Shown: positions 13,783-27,899 of the stretch, piece after piece
How the letters are laid out: each line of letters begins with the position of its first letter
How positions within the stretch are numbered: position 1 is the first letter of the stretch
Assembly (NCBI GenBank): GCA_964016885.1
Contig: OZ024742.1
Location: forward strand, 321,532,001-321,596,000
Direction of reading: 5' to 3'
Length of the DNA stretch: 64,000 bases
DNA from: Eledone cirrhosa
Lineage: Eukaryota
Translations under genes and position numbers: made by a program
Notes under the pieces: generated by a model
The model's input: only the letters and a program-made list of their open reading frames with translations
What the model was told of the DNA's origin: nothing
Database searches by the model: none

Positions 13783-13788
<6 letters not shown>
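13050..13788 (+). mobile_element. Non-coding retrozyme-like element: ~414-nt unit plus inverted arm, degenerate hammerhead at 13538-13574
   Basis: Direct repeat at 13333/13747; inverted arms 13108-13332 / 13570-13788 and 13050-13148 / 13334-13432; GAAACTAGTA/CAG motif; partial copy at about 62115-62247. Confidence 0.7.
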
Positions 13789-13854
<66 letters not shown>

Positions 13855-13859
<5 letters not shown>

Positions 13860-14630
13860 CTCTCATGGCATCCAACAACATCAAATACTTGGGAGTAATT
13901 GTGGACAACAACATAAGCTGAGCCACTCATATAAACAACAAAGTTGACATAACCCTCAGAATGTGTTCCTGGATTCTCAGAACCTTCCAGTCGAGAGATA
14001 TCCATACTGTTATCCTTCTCTTTTCCACGTTTGCCCGACCCTCCTTGAATACTGTTGTCCACTGTGGTCTCCCACACAAAACAAGTTATCATGGAAGTTG
14101 AAGCACCTCAAAGGTCAATTACAAAAAAGATAGTTGGCATGACAAGCCTTGACTATTGGAGTCAATTAGAAAAGTTCAACCTTTATTCTCTCCAACGCCG
14201 CCGTGAGCGTTACATTATCTGTATGATGTGGAAAATATTCTATCAGCATTGCCCAAATGATGTTGGCATCACCTTTAAGGTACACCCAAGGCTTGGGCCC
14301 CGTGCTATCCGCACACGACACAAAAATCTCACTCACATCTCATAACAACAATACGGCACAATTATGTCACCTCAATTGGCCCCGCTCTCTTTAACAATAC
14401 ACCAAAGCACATTAAAACAGAAACAGACCCCATAAATTTCAAGAAGTCTTTGGACAAATTCCTTCAGGAAATCCCGGATAAACCTCCTACCCCCAGATAT
14501 GCCACCGTAGACAATAACTCTCTACTTGAGTGGGCCATGGTGTCCACATCCTGATTTGAAAGACTTCGCCAGGTGGTACTATCTATCAAGTTAGATATGG
14601 GCCAATACTGGCCGAAACCTATCAGAGTCA
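13855..14630 (+). mobile_element. CR1-like LINE 3' fragment
   Basis: [22 protein letters not shown] and LYSLQRRRERY motifs; stops and frameshifts. Confidence 0.82.
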
Positions 14631-14749
14631 TTAACGTTTTATATATATATATATATATACTGTAGTAAAAGTTTTGTTGAAATATCCAAGGGTAAGAGCA
14701 CTCAGTCCATAGAACGAGTTTGATATAAATAATTACAACAGTGACATAA

Positions 14750-14799
14750 ACAGGTACTTAAGTTTCGTTGGGTTCTGGACCCCAACTCATTCAGCCTGT
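14750..14799 (-). ncRNA. Type I hammerhead ribozyme (family B)
   Basis: ACAGG CTGAATGA GTTGGG gtccagaa CCCAAC GAAA CTTAAG TA/CCTGT: three stems intact, one extra nt in the core; degenerate inverted copy at 14843-14888. Confidence 0.8.
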
Positions 14800-14912
14800 C
14801 ATAAGAAAATAAAAAGCCATCTTCATTTTTATTTTTCTCATGACAGGCTAAATGAGTTGGGGTCTAGAACCTAAACTTAAGTACCTGTTTATGTCACTTT
14901 TGTAATTATTTT

Positions 14913-15019
<107 letters not shown>

Positions 15020-15208
15020 ATATATAGAAAAGATGAATATAAAATGAAAGTGCTTTTATAAAGGAATTTATTAGGTATTGACATATGTTTCTGTAACAGA
15101 CGGAATACCTATGTATCGCTGCTTGCGTAATCATAATTTATACTCGTTGAGCAAAATATCCAACGTACGCTGTTCATCTCTAACGTGACGATATATTATC
15201 ACTACATT

Positions 15209-15393
15209 AGGATTGGCAGTATCGGTAGAGAGTCAGACGCCATGCTTTCCAGCATAGTTACGTCCCTTTACGATCTGAGTTCAAATCCCGCCGAGGTTGA
15301 CTTTGCCTTTCATCCTTACGAGGTCGATAAAATAAAGTACCAGTAATGCACTGGATAATTGCTGGCCTTGTGCCAAACGTAGAAACAATTATT
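15209..15393 (+). mobile_element. tRNA-derived SINE, young copy
   Basis: Same family; B-box GAGTTCAAATCCC. Confidence 0.82.
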
Positions 15394-15406
15394 GATAACT
15401 TAAAAT

Positions 15407-15439
<33 letters not shown>

Positions 15440-16800
15440 AACATATTCATATGTGTGTGTGCGTGTAAAGTTATATCTACATGGTGTGTAACCGACATTG
15501 CACCAATGTGTATATAAATATATACATACTTAATATGTAGGCATGTCATCATGCCAATAGTCCTGTGAAATCCTGGGGTATACCCTAGGTTAAATATATT
15601 GCCCTTGTTCTAATTTTAGATATCTTTGCTAGACTCTTTCAAAGATTTAATTTATACAAGCGTAAGAACCATATACATACGTAAGTAAACGCGTGTGCGC
15701 TCGAGAACATCCTGTGTGAACTTTTTTGTGTATAGATAAATACATCAACACTATAACAGTCTATGTTGAATACATAAATACATACATACATGCATACATG
15801 CATACATACATATATACATACATACGTACATACATACATACATACATACATACATACATACATACATACATACATACATACATTTGGATACATAGCTATT
15901 TTTATTGCATTGTGTTTGTGCGTTCTACTTTAAATGTGTGTATATATACATATATCAAATAATGTGTGTGTCTTTGTCTGTGTATGTGTGTGTGTGTTTA
16001 CCAAGCGTGAAAACACGTCCACGTTTAACGTCACTGTCATTCAATATCTGCGCCTTTCCCTCACTGCCACTCTGTCTTTACCTCTGTCCTCCCTCTACCA
16101 TTGGTTTATTATGTCAAAGGCGCTGTGGCATGTTATATAATAAACATGATACGCCTCTCTCTCTCTCTTTCTCCCTCTCTCTCTCTCTCCCTCTCACTCT
16201 CTCTCTCTCTCTCTCCCTCTCTCTATCTCTATCTATCTATATATATATATAATCTGTTTTTTCTTCCTTTTTCTAATTGAGACGCCGACCTACGTCACAG
16301 CTCTGACGTCACTGGGTATTCACTTTAATAGTTAACACCCTTGCTGCCATCGCCACCACCATAACTCTTATTGCGTTAGGGTGACCCCCATCACTACCAC
16401 CACCATCGTTACAGTTAAATTTAAATAGGGACTATATATAGTCTATATTTAGATACGAATAAATATACGCACACACGCTCATTCGCGCATGTATATATAT
16501 AAATCTATATACATCTATATAAATCTATATACATCTATATACATCTATATACATATATATATATGCATATATATATATATAAATCTATATAAATCTATAT
16601 ACATCTATATAGATATATAGATATAGATATATGGTAGAGCCGATAATGTCGTTCCTTGAAGAAATGGTTTCAACAAGATTATGCGGTAAGTGGTATAGTT
16701 TTTACAGTAGGCTTTCATCGCATGAGGTTCTCTGGAAGATCCTGTGTTAGTATTGAACAATGAAAATAAAACAAATGCGATAGGTTCTTAATTGATTCAT

Positions 16801-16901
16801 CGTTTTACGATCGTTTCAGTGAATTGATTGATCACGGGAGATCGATATATCGACTAGCAAGTACTCTCGAAATCCCTGATCCACCATCTATCTCGGAAAC
16901 A
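16801..16901 (-). ncRNA. Hammerhead-like motif with long stem II
   Basis: TGTTT CCGAGA ...~75 nt structured... GAAA CGATCG TA/AAACG; core imperfect. Confidence 0.5.
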
Positions 16902-16907
16902 ATGATT

Positions 16908-16972
<65 letters not shown>

Positions 16973-17078
16973 AATATACTCACTGATTCCCTAATGTTTG
17001 TTGAGTGAGTTGGAATTTGGCCTGAGTATCGCAAAAAAGCTTTCTCCGATAATGTATTTATTTATATATTTATATATA

Positions 17079-17236
<158 letters not shown>

Positions 17237-17387
17237 AGAATTAAAATACTAGAGTGTGTTGGAGTTAAACACCCTCTTCATATTATAGAAATGACAGTAT
17301 AAGATATAGCTCAATGAAATTAAACAGAGCCGAAGAATTATAAAAAATAAACCAAAGAAGCCTTTAATACATCAAAAGTCTTTATTA

Positions 17388-17425
17388 GCCAACAATGTTT
17401 CGTCCTATTAAGGACTCATCAGGGC
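17388..17425 (-). ncRNA. Minimal type I hammerhead ribozyme in the PLE 3' repeat
   Basis: GCC CTGATGA GTCCT taat AGGAC GAAA C att GTT/GGC: perfect core, GUU site. Confidence 0.9.
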
Positions 17426-19056
17426 AAGTAAAGCTACAAGAAGCACTATCGGCCAATACAAGCCAAAAACTCAGAAGAATATGGAGTATACATCTATTAA
17501 AGCCTAGGAAAGATATCAAGGAAAAGTTTGCTAAGATTAAGAGTGAGCAGTTACAAACATAGATATAGACCAAATAGCAAGGAAGTGATTAACATGTTGA
17601 ACCCACATTATAAATATTGTTTAATGCAAAAACTTGAAACACAAATGGTAATACAATGCGAGAATTACAGTACGATATAGAATAGAATATAATATAATAG
17701 ATGGTGATAATAAAAAGCTTAATATATGTATATATATATATCTATACATATATACATTAGTACAAGCACAAACTAACACTTATTAAGTATTTAAATATAT
17801 ATATATATATATTGTTTACAGTATAATATAATAAAGATAAAAATAAGAATAAAGATAAAAATAAAAATAAAGTAAAATATAATATATAATTCCCTGTCAG
17901 TGTGCATAAACAATATAAAAAATATAAAAACATTATAATAACATTATAATAACAATATTATAATATATTGACATCAAAAGATATACAAAATTACATCATA
18001 TATATAATTCAAGGTTAACAAATAGTATAAAGTTTTACACAGGGTAAGAAAAAATCATATAGAACTAAATTGAGTTGAAAAAATTGTGTTGAAAAAATAT
18101 CTATACCATTGCAACAAATACACGGAGGTCAAGTCATTTTACATTGGCATAAATATTACCAAAATATCACCAAATATTACAAAATATAACAGAACAGTAC
18201 TTCAAATAACATATATTAAAATCTATAATACGATTACATAAAAATGATATGATATAACAACGTTAATATCAAATATCAAACAGAGTCTAAGGAAATGCTT
18301 AATATATATATTTACGTGGTTGACATACACAGACATATATTAATGAAATTACATGAATCTGACAGACAGCGTGTGGTAGTAAAAAAATAAATTAAATAAA
18401 CCGAAGATCGAAAAACAAAAACAAGTATATTTACTTAGGTGTCACAAGCGGTTAAGTAAAAGAAAAGATAGAAATGTAAGCGGAGAATTGACTAGAAAAC
18501 CTTTTTAAATTAATTAATATTAAAAGTATTTAAAATACATATTTAGTCACTTCAAAATTGGCTAGAGTCATCAAAAACGTATAAGTTTAAGATATTTCAA
18601 TAAAATTATCAAGAATAGAGTAAAATATGCTCCGTTCAGTCGAATAACGTTATCAAATAAAAGGACTCTAAATAGAACTATGGTAGACCAATGGGAACAG
18701 AAAGAAGAGAGGTTATGGAGGATAGGAAGGAGCATAAAAGTAAAATCAATATATTATATAATATCATAAAAGGAGCATAAAGGTGAAATTTATATATAGT
18801 ATAATAGAAGGGGCGGATATTAAGTGTGTAGAGGAGGAGGCACATTAGTTGAATGAGACTCCAACCAAAGTATTTAATAAGATATAAACTCATAAGGTGT
18901 TAGTAGTGAAACTATAATCATGCTTAAGAAGATAGATAGGGTATGGTAGCCAAAAGACTATGGAAACTAAAATCGAAAAGCTGTAAAAAACTAATAATAA
19001 TAAAGATGATGGTAATCAAAATGAACCTAAACAAAAAAGATAAGGAAATATAGCAG

Positions 19057-20442
19057 CTAATGGATACGATTTAAACTACCAGAACTTTTAGGTCTATAAT
19101 AGAAGAAAGAATTAGAAATGGCATGGGGGCAGGAAGAAAATATCTCAGACTTTCTATTAAGCAAAATTTCCCTAGAGAAAATTATAGAGTGGGTCTCTAT
19201 GATGCAGAGATTACAGAATTTAGTGTGTGTTGATAGGTTATTAGAACGTGCTACTATACGCCAATTAAGGCTATATGGCATGCCAGCCCCTTTAAGATCC
19301 CAGATATGGTGTGCTAAAGAAGTAGAGTTCTTAAACTTAACATGCTTAAAATTAGAGATATGAGAATTAAACCTAGTTTTAAAAGTATTAGATGTGGAGC
19401 CTATATATGTGCTATTAGAAGAATTAGTCTTAACTTCACAAGCATAAACAATGTTCCTAGAGAGGCAGTGACCATTTAAAGGGCAGTTAATACTTACTCT
19501 ACAGTTACACTTCCGGGTGCTATTGACCGGCTGAATGAGTGATGCATCACTCCTAGGGTTATTATAAGATAAGGTCTGCTCATGTGGTAAGGCATTAATG
19601 GATCTATCAAGACTAGTAGTACGCAAAGAGGAGTAGCTGTCCCTAATGTTCTTATTGTTAGTGCTAGCTAAATGAGAACTAATATTAGGGGTGGTAGAGA
19701 ATGATAGTTTAATTACATTTTTATTAAAAATACCATGGTATTTATTAGTAGGAGGGAAATTTTTCTCTAAAATAGAAAAGAAAGACCTAGGGATGTTAGT
19801 TAATACTTCATGATCATAAGGCGGGTTAAAATAAGTATTGAGTCTCCTCCTATTTCTATCCTTACCAACTCTACCGTTATCCAGTATCCCACTAATAGGA
19901 TCAGGGTTACTACGAGGACTAGTTGAAACAACATTATTAGAAGCAACCAAAACCCTATTGAGTCTCCTTCTGTTTCTACCTTTAGTATATCTACTGTTAT
20001 CTGGAATCATATCAATAGGATTAGGGTTACTACCAGGATCAGTTGAAACAACACTATTAGAATTAGTAAAAACATTACCACTGGGTGAGCGATCAGAGTG
20101 CCTAACATGTTCCCTGGAACTAATCCCGAAAAGTGTACCATTAGACTCACTATTACGATTACGGTAGCTTAACCTATGGATGGGTTCGGATACACCTATG
20201 GGATTTCTACGATTCTTATGCTTTCTACTCCCATTCATGGCCATATTATGGGATATTATGTTATTATTATTATGGGTAAACGGAGACTTTCTAAGGTTGT
20301 TCTCATTATAACGTATTTTACCAGAGTAACCAGAGTTAGCTAGGGCATTATTATAGTACTCCGCATGTGAATTAAATATTCCTATATCCTTAGAGAGTGT
20401 GGAAATTCTATTAGATACACCGTTAATTATAGAGCTAATCAT
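19057..20442 (-). CDS. PLE polyprotein C-terminal part: RT thumb, linker and GIY-YIG endonuclease
   Basis: Upstream in-frame YVNPNSNHP; YFNPPY..TNI..F..KNFP, CNC..CPLNGHC, NIVY..YIGST..FKTRFNSH, TSLAHHIW, CNLCIIE and LLNRKSE..CPH. Confidence 0.9.
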   Translation of the reverse strand: MISSIINGVSNRISTLSKDIGIFNSHAEYYNNALANSGYSGKIRYNENNLRKSPFTHNNNNIISHNMAMNGSRKHKNRRNPIGVSEPIHRLSYRNRNSESNGTLFGISSREHVRHSDRSPSGNVFTNSNSVVSTDPGSNPNPIDMIPDNSRYTKGRNRRRLNRVLVASNNVVSTSPRSNPDPISGILDNGRVGKDRNRRRLNTYFNPPYDHEVLTNIPRSFFSILEKNFPPTNKYHGIFNKNVIKLSFSTTPNISSHLASTNNKNIRDSYSSLRTTSLDRSINALPHEQTLSYNNPRSDASLIQPVNSTRKCNCRVSINCPLNGHCLSRNIVYACEVKTNSSNSTYIGSTSNTFKTRFNSHISNFKHVKFKNSTSLAHHIWDLKGAGMPYSLNWRIVARSNNLSTHTKFCNLCIIETHSIIFSREILLNRKSEIFSSCPHAISNSFFYYRPKSSGSLNRIH

Positions 20443-20565
20443 AGATTTGGGGTGGTTAGAATTGGGATTAACATATATTAATATATTTAGCTAGCACTAA
20501 CAATATATTAATATATATATATATTAATATATATATATTAATATATATATATTAATATATATATA

Positions 20566-20654
<89 letters not shown>

Positions 20655-20675
20655 GCATATATATATATATATATG

Positions 20676-20712
<37 letters not shown>

Positions 20713-20734
20713 GCATATATATATATATATATGC

Positions 20735-21051
<317 letters not shown>

Positions 21052-21090
21052 TATATATATATATATATACTGTATATATATATATAATCT

Positions 21091-21264
21091 TTTCCAATTC
21101 CATCCTGCCTGTCCCCTTAATCTATTTTATTTCTCATTCTTTCTTCTGATGAAGGACTAGCGTCCAAAACGTTCAGACCCTCTTCCTGCTATATCAAGCG
21201 TTAACCTAATATATACCTTCCATATACTGTACCGATTGTGTTGTTATTTCTGTTTACCTTTTAC
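21091..21264 (+). mobile_element. Family D pLTR-like element with degenerate hammerhead (21142-21177)
   Basis: TCTT CTGATGA AGGAC tagc GTCC AAAA CGTT; inverted homolog at 22947-23120. Confidence 0.7.
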
Positions 21265-21268
21265 CTTT

Positions 21269-21322
<54 letters not shown>

Positions 21323-21354
21323 CGTGTGTGTGTGTGTTATTTCTGTTTACCCTT

Positions 21355-21417
<63 letters not shown>

Positions 21418-21784
21418 CCCCATTAAAACATCGGGAGATGACGGAGCAATGTGTTTTTGTCCGGACATACTGACGATATGGAGACTTGAACCCGCGACAA
21501 CCGTACAATAGAGTGAGATGTGAGATTTAGACAATAGATACAAGTTCTCAACGATAATAGCAAAGAGATTCCACTTGAAAATATGAGAAATCTAAGAGTG
21601 GAGAGAGTTACATAACGAAATAAAATCGGGATTTTTTTTACGAAGCAATTTCGCATCTCATAATTCGCACACATACACGCATATATAATGTGTATGTCCC
21701 CGCGTTGTGTCGGAGGTTAACCACAATTAAAAACGGGTCTCAATACGTTGGTAGAGTATAGCCAGCTTTATTATATATTGAAAT

Positions 21785-21880
21785 GATTTCTACAGAACTA
21801 GGGCTGTTTCTACAGAACTAGGTCTGTTTCATTCATATGAAATCATTCCTGATGATTTTATACAAATGAAACAGTTTCTA
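21785..21880. mobile_element. Family E hammerhead fragments in rearranged orientation
   Basis: Plus strand TTC CTGATGA ttttatacaaat GAAACAG; minus strand has two copies of GAAACAG-(8 nt)-CTGTA/GAA. Confidence 0.6.
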
Positions 21881-21893
21881 TATATTAAAGAAG

Positions 21894-22007
<114 letters not shown>

Positions 22008-22099
22008 ACACACACACACAAGCAGTAACACCCGATGTTTTTCGGGAAAGTGATGACTCAGTCAATGGAAAAGAATAATGGCAATTCAGCATAAATATG

Positions 22100-22760
22100 A
22101 TATTTGAAACACATATTCTTTGTTTTAAAGATGCACAGTTTTAAAATGTCTGAATATACATTTATATGGTATTCTTTGATCTCAGATGAGTCCATGTAAT
22201 TTTGTGTTTAAGTTTGTGTTTGAAGTTTGAAGAAAGTGTTGTAAATCGTCAAATTGAGTTCTGACCAAAGTTCAAGTAGCTTCAGACCTTTTTTACTCAT
22301 TTAACCAATGCCATGCCGCTCAAAAACATTCCAAGTTTCGCAGTCCCTGCCAATATGTGCATTGAAGCCACCAAGAATTATTAGCTTGTCATAATTCGAT
22401 TTAGAAGTAATGGCAGTATGAAGGCTTTCATAGAAAGTCATAGCAGTTTCTTCATTGGCTTAGAGAGTTGGAGAATAAACTGAAAAGATTGTCACAAAAT
22501 GTCCACACAAGAGTGGAACACGTAGCTTCATTATGCGATCAGTAATGCTAGACAGGCACTGTAAATGTTTTGTCAATGTTGTTCTGACAGCAAAACCAAC
22601 CTCACCTTCTGTATGCTCTCCTTTAGACTTACCAACCCAATGTATATCCTGATGATACTCCAGTCAAATGACCTTCACCTGACAGCCGCGTTTCTGAAAG
22701 AGCTGCAAATTCAATATACAGTCTTTGAAGTTCGTTAGTTACAAGTGCACTTCTTCTTTC
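22100..22760 (-). mobile_element. RTE-clade LINE endonuclease fragment
   Basis: AALSETRLSGEG, GEVGFAV, DRIMKLR, SVYSPT, LIILGGFNA and TWTH motifs, with stops. Confidence 0.8.
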
Positions 22761-22817
22761 TGGTCACTTTGAGGAATTCTGGTCCAAAAAAGATTGTGCT
22801 TAACTCGCTCTTTTGCA

Positions 22818-23120
<303 letters not shown>

Positions 23121-23189
23121 AAATGTTTTTAGATAAAAATAATAGGTCCATTCATGTTGAGATCTCTTGCAAAACTGTTGGTGCTGGCG

Positions 23190-23221
<32 letters not shown>

Positions 23222-23349
23222 TTAGTTAAGCAAAACAAGACCACAAATTTCACAAGGAAGACATTATTAAAAGGTTGTCAACATATTTTAGTTTGATGTA
23301 AGGAATGTAGAGAATAATAATAATAATAATATTAATAATAATAATGTCC

Positions 23350-23469
23350 GTTTACAATTGTTTCGCTACTCCATATAATATTTCTGGATCAGATGACTAT
23401 ATATCATAATTGATCTGGTTCAGTTGAAAATAATTAACATATTTAAAAAACAGAGTGGCTCATCGGAAC
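23350..23469 (-). ncRNA. Hammerhead with CCGATGA core and long stem II (family F, element about 23214-23620)
   Basis: GTT CCGATGA GCCACTC ...~80 nt... GAGTAGC GAAA CAATTG TA/AAC. Confidence 0.62.
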
Positions 23470-23632
23470 TTCAAAGGAATATAAATTAAAATAATGGGAT
23501 AATGTTACATAATATAATGTTCCATATATTGGTTTTTACTATGGTGTCTTGGTTGCATCAGTTGTCAGCCATAATCAAGCAGTATTCATCTGTCGAGGCT
23601 GCATTGTGTGAGATCTGCTTATATATATATAC

Positions 23633-24170
23633 ATGATGGCTGCCCCCTCGTTATCGTGTATGGCCATTGCACGATATACCATTATTAATAATTATTAATT
23701 AATTCTATCGTGCAAAGCCTGTGCGTGAAGTTATTTTTTAAAGTGAGAAAAGACTGTGCACTGAGCCAATCCCACTCTCTGAGCGACAGTAGCTATAACC
23801 CGAAAAGAAGAAAAGATCAACATCATCGGTAACTACTGAGCCGCAGGTTTTATATCGGAGTTATTCCAGTTTCCTGAGTTGCCTTCTCCGAGAAGAATGC
23901 CCTGACAAAGGCTAGGGGTCCTTCACTCCCAGTGGTTTAACCGCGCGCTACACGTGTATATACATATTTACACACATTTGGATGGCCGTTGACTCTTATG
24001 AGTTCTGCTGCCCTTTGTCAAGTTTTGTTTTTTGTCCTGCAGGGTGTCCAAAATCACTCTCCTCACCAAGTAAACTTGGTGGGGTTGCCGGTTTAGTCGC
24101 CGACGACCCGACTATGCGACAGGTTGTACTGGGTTACATGTTACTAGTAGCACACAAGAGTGACCCGACA
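23633..24170 (-). mobile_element. Non-autonomous RTE-derived element (5'UTR + 3' end)
   Basis: RTE-type 5'UTR motif GGAGAAGG-AACTC and 3' end ..ATAACGAGGGGGCAGCCATCA; homologs at 36279-36918, 36958-37415 and 34300-34342. Confidence 0.65.
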
Positions 24171-24197
24171 TAATACATACATACATACATACATACA

Positions 24198-24297
<100 letters not shown>

Positions 24298-24932
24298 AAA
24301 GAATAGAGGTGTAACACACAAGTTATGATATATTGGTAAACGGAATAGAAAATGCTGACAAATTGTTCACTGAAAAATAGTTTAATTAGGAATAAGTGAG
24401 AATTAGTAATAGTATTGGTTAGTATTCAGTTTTGGTTTCTACCGGTTGCGCATTTCTAATGATTTTCAAAAATAATTTTGAGATAGAGCGCCCGTGATGT
24501 TTGCTCTGATCTGATTAGTTTTGGGAATTCTACCTGTTTTTTTGGTGCTCATATATGATTCCAGTTCCTCAGTGGAACAACAGCCCAACCAGGAACTGGG
24601 CATATCAGAGTATTGACAAAGTTAAACACCTCAACAACATGTGTACTCGTCTCTACCACACGAATTCGGACTGCCTGAAGAGGTCAAAGCCAAAGATGGC
24701 TGTCACCGAAATATATATAGCAGTAATAAACGAAGCCAAATTTTAAACATTTGACTTATTTATTTTATTTTATTTTATTTTATTTTATTTTATTTTACAT
24801 TACTCCGGAGTAACCAAACCAACCTGCACACTTCGTCGAGTGCTCCAATCTGCAAACTGAGGTGTTGGTATACAACCAACATATACTCAAAATTTATATA
24901 TACATATATATATATATATACGTATATATATT

Positions 24933-25003
<71 letters not shown>

Positions 25004-25312
25004 GCGTGTGTGTGTGTGTGTGTGTACTTACATATACATTACCACTGTTTCTTTCACACCATAACACATACATATATATAGTAGACACACAGAGATAAAC
25101 AATAGCATAAAAGTATGATAGATTTTGTGAACAAACGCTTATACACACACACACGCGCACGCGCACATACAAACACGAACTCGAACACCGTCTCAGTCTC
25201 ATACACTTACACATCCATATATACAAAAGATAAAAACATTCATACACATACTAATACAAGCACTCATAGTGAATTTAGTGTAAAAATATAATACACCTGC
25301 ACAAAACACCAG

Positions 25313-25436
<124 letters not shown>

Positions 25437-26159
25437 AAACATACAATACATGAAAATATTGTGATATGTGATACATATACTGACACAGACATTCACACAC
25501 ATATACACCCAGCACACACAAACATATACTACCCAGCACATGCAAATTCACACACGTATATACAGACAAAACATACGCAAACATACAATATAGACATACA
25601 TACACATTCACAGAGAACTTTATTCAAAAACACAGAAAAATACAGTAACGTATTCGCTACATTCACTCACACAATCACCAACGTACACAAGTAAACAATG
25701 CATACACACACATACAATACACAGACACCCGCTTAAAATATATCTCTCACGCACACACACACATAGAATCTCACACAAAAATATACAGGGAAATTAAGTC
25801 ACATATCCGTTACATTTACTGTTACACAGACACACTGCACCGAATGACCTCCTATTGCAAAAGAAAAAGGTGATAAAATAATTTGTACGCGATGAGAGAT
25901 ATATAGACACTTAGAGAGAGAGAGAGGGGGGTTAATAGATGGACAGAGACAGGGGGAAAGTGAGGTGGTTACAGAGAGACAGAGGGAGAAACAGAGAGAG
26001 AAACAGAGAGAGTTACATTATTTGCAGTACGCTACTGGTGATGCATAATGTGATATGATGTGTGTATAATATATATATATACAAACATATATATATATAT
26101 ATACAAACACACACATATACATATACGTAGATATAATTATATATTCATAAGCACAGACT

Positions 26160-27195
<1,036 letters not shown>

Positions 27196-27300
27196 TTATG
27201 ATAAATAGGTAGAAAGATAAGTAGATAAGCATTTCCCTGCAACTACTCTGTGCGTACATATGTGTGCGTGTGCGCGTGTATATTTATATATAAAGAGGGA

Positions 27301-27344
<44 letters not shown>

Positions 27345-27350
27345 TATATA

Positions 27351-27660
27351 GACTGCCGCCTCCCGTCACGAACAATTTTCTGACCATAAAACGTCTCGGT
27401 TCCGGAACGATGTCTCGAGTAACGTACACGCAAGCCGGCAACAATGGTTGGAAACAAGCTTGGTGTATCGACAGGAAAGCGTTACCTAATGTGTAGTTCA
27501 ATACTATGGTGATATCTATCTATCACACACAGTATCTCTCTCTCTCTCTCCCTCTCTCTCTCTCTCTCTCAACATTTCGTAAATAGTTTCGGTTTACAAC
27601 ACTTCGGATGACGAACGGACTTCAGGAACGAATTGAATCCGTGAAACAAGGTTCCACTGT
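27351..27660. mobile_element. Possible Tc1/mariner (pogo/Tigger-like) DNA transposon end
   Basis: Minus strand begins CAGTGGAACCTTG..., resembling pogo/Tigger TIRs; partner TIR not clearly seen. Confidence 0.4.
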
Positions 27661-27665
27661 GTATG

Positions 27666-27697
<32 letters not shown>

Positions 27698-27739
27698 ATT
27701 GTGTGTATGTGTGTATATATATATACACACACACACATA

Positions 27740-27785
<46 letters not shown>

Positions 27786-27840
27786 ACATATATACATATA
27801 TATATGGTCATATATACATATATATGTGGTCATGTATCAT

Positions 27841-27899
27841 TATATTTTGTCTGATGAGGACGTACTGTTGTACATCCGAAATATGTATAATAAAATGTA
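27841..27899 (+). ncRNA. Type I hammerhead ribozyme (family G)
   Basis: TATATTTTGT CTGATGA GGAcGTAC tgtt GTACaTCC GAAA TA tg T ATA/ATAAAATGTA: perfect core, about 10-bp stem I, AUA site. Confidence 0.85.

Noticed and set aside
22181-22200. CAGATGAGTCC hammerhead-like string
   Set aside because: It is the antisense of the RTE endonuclease TWTHL codons and has no matching GAAA or stems.
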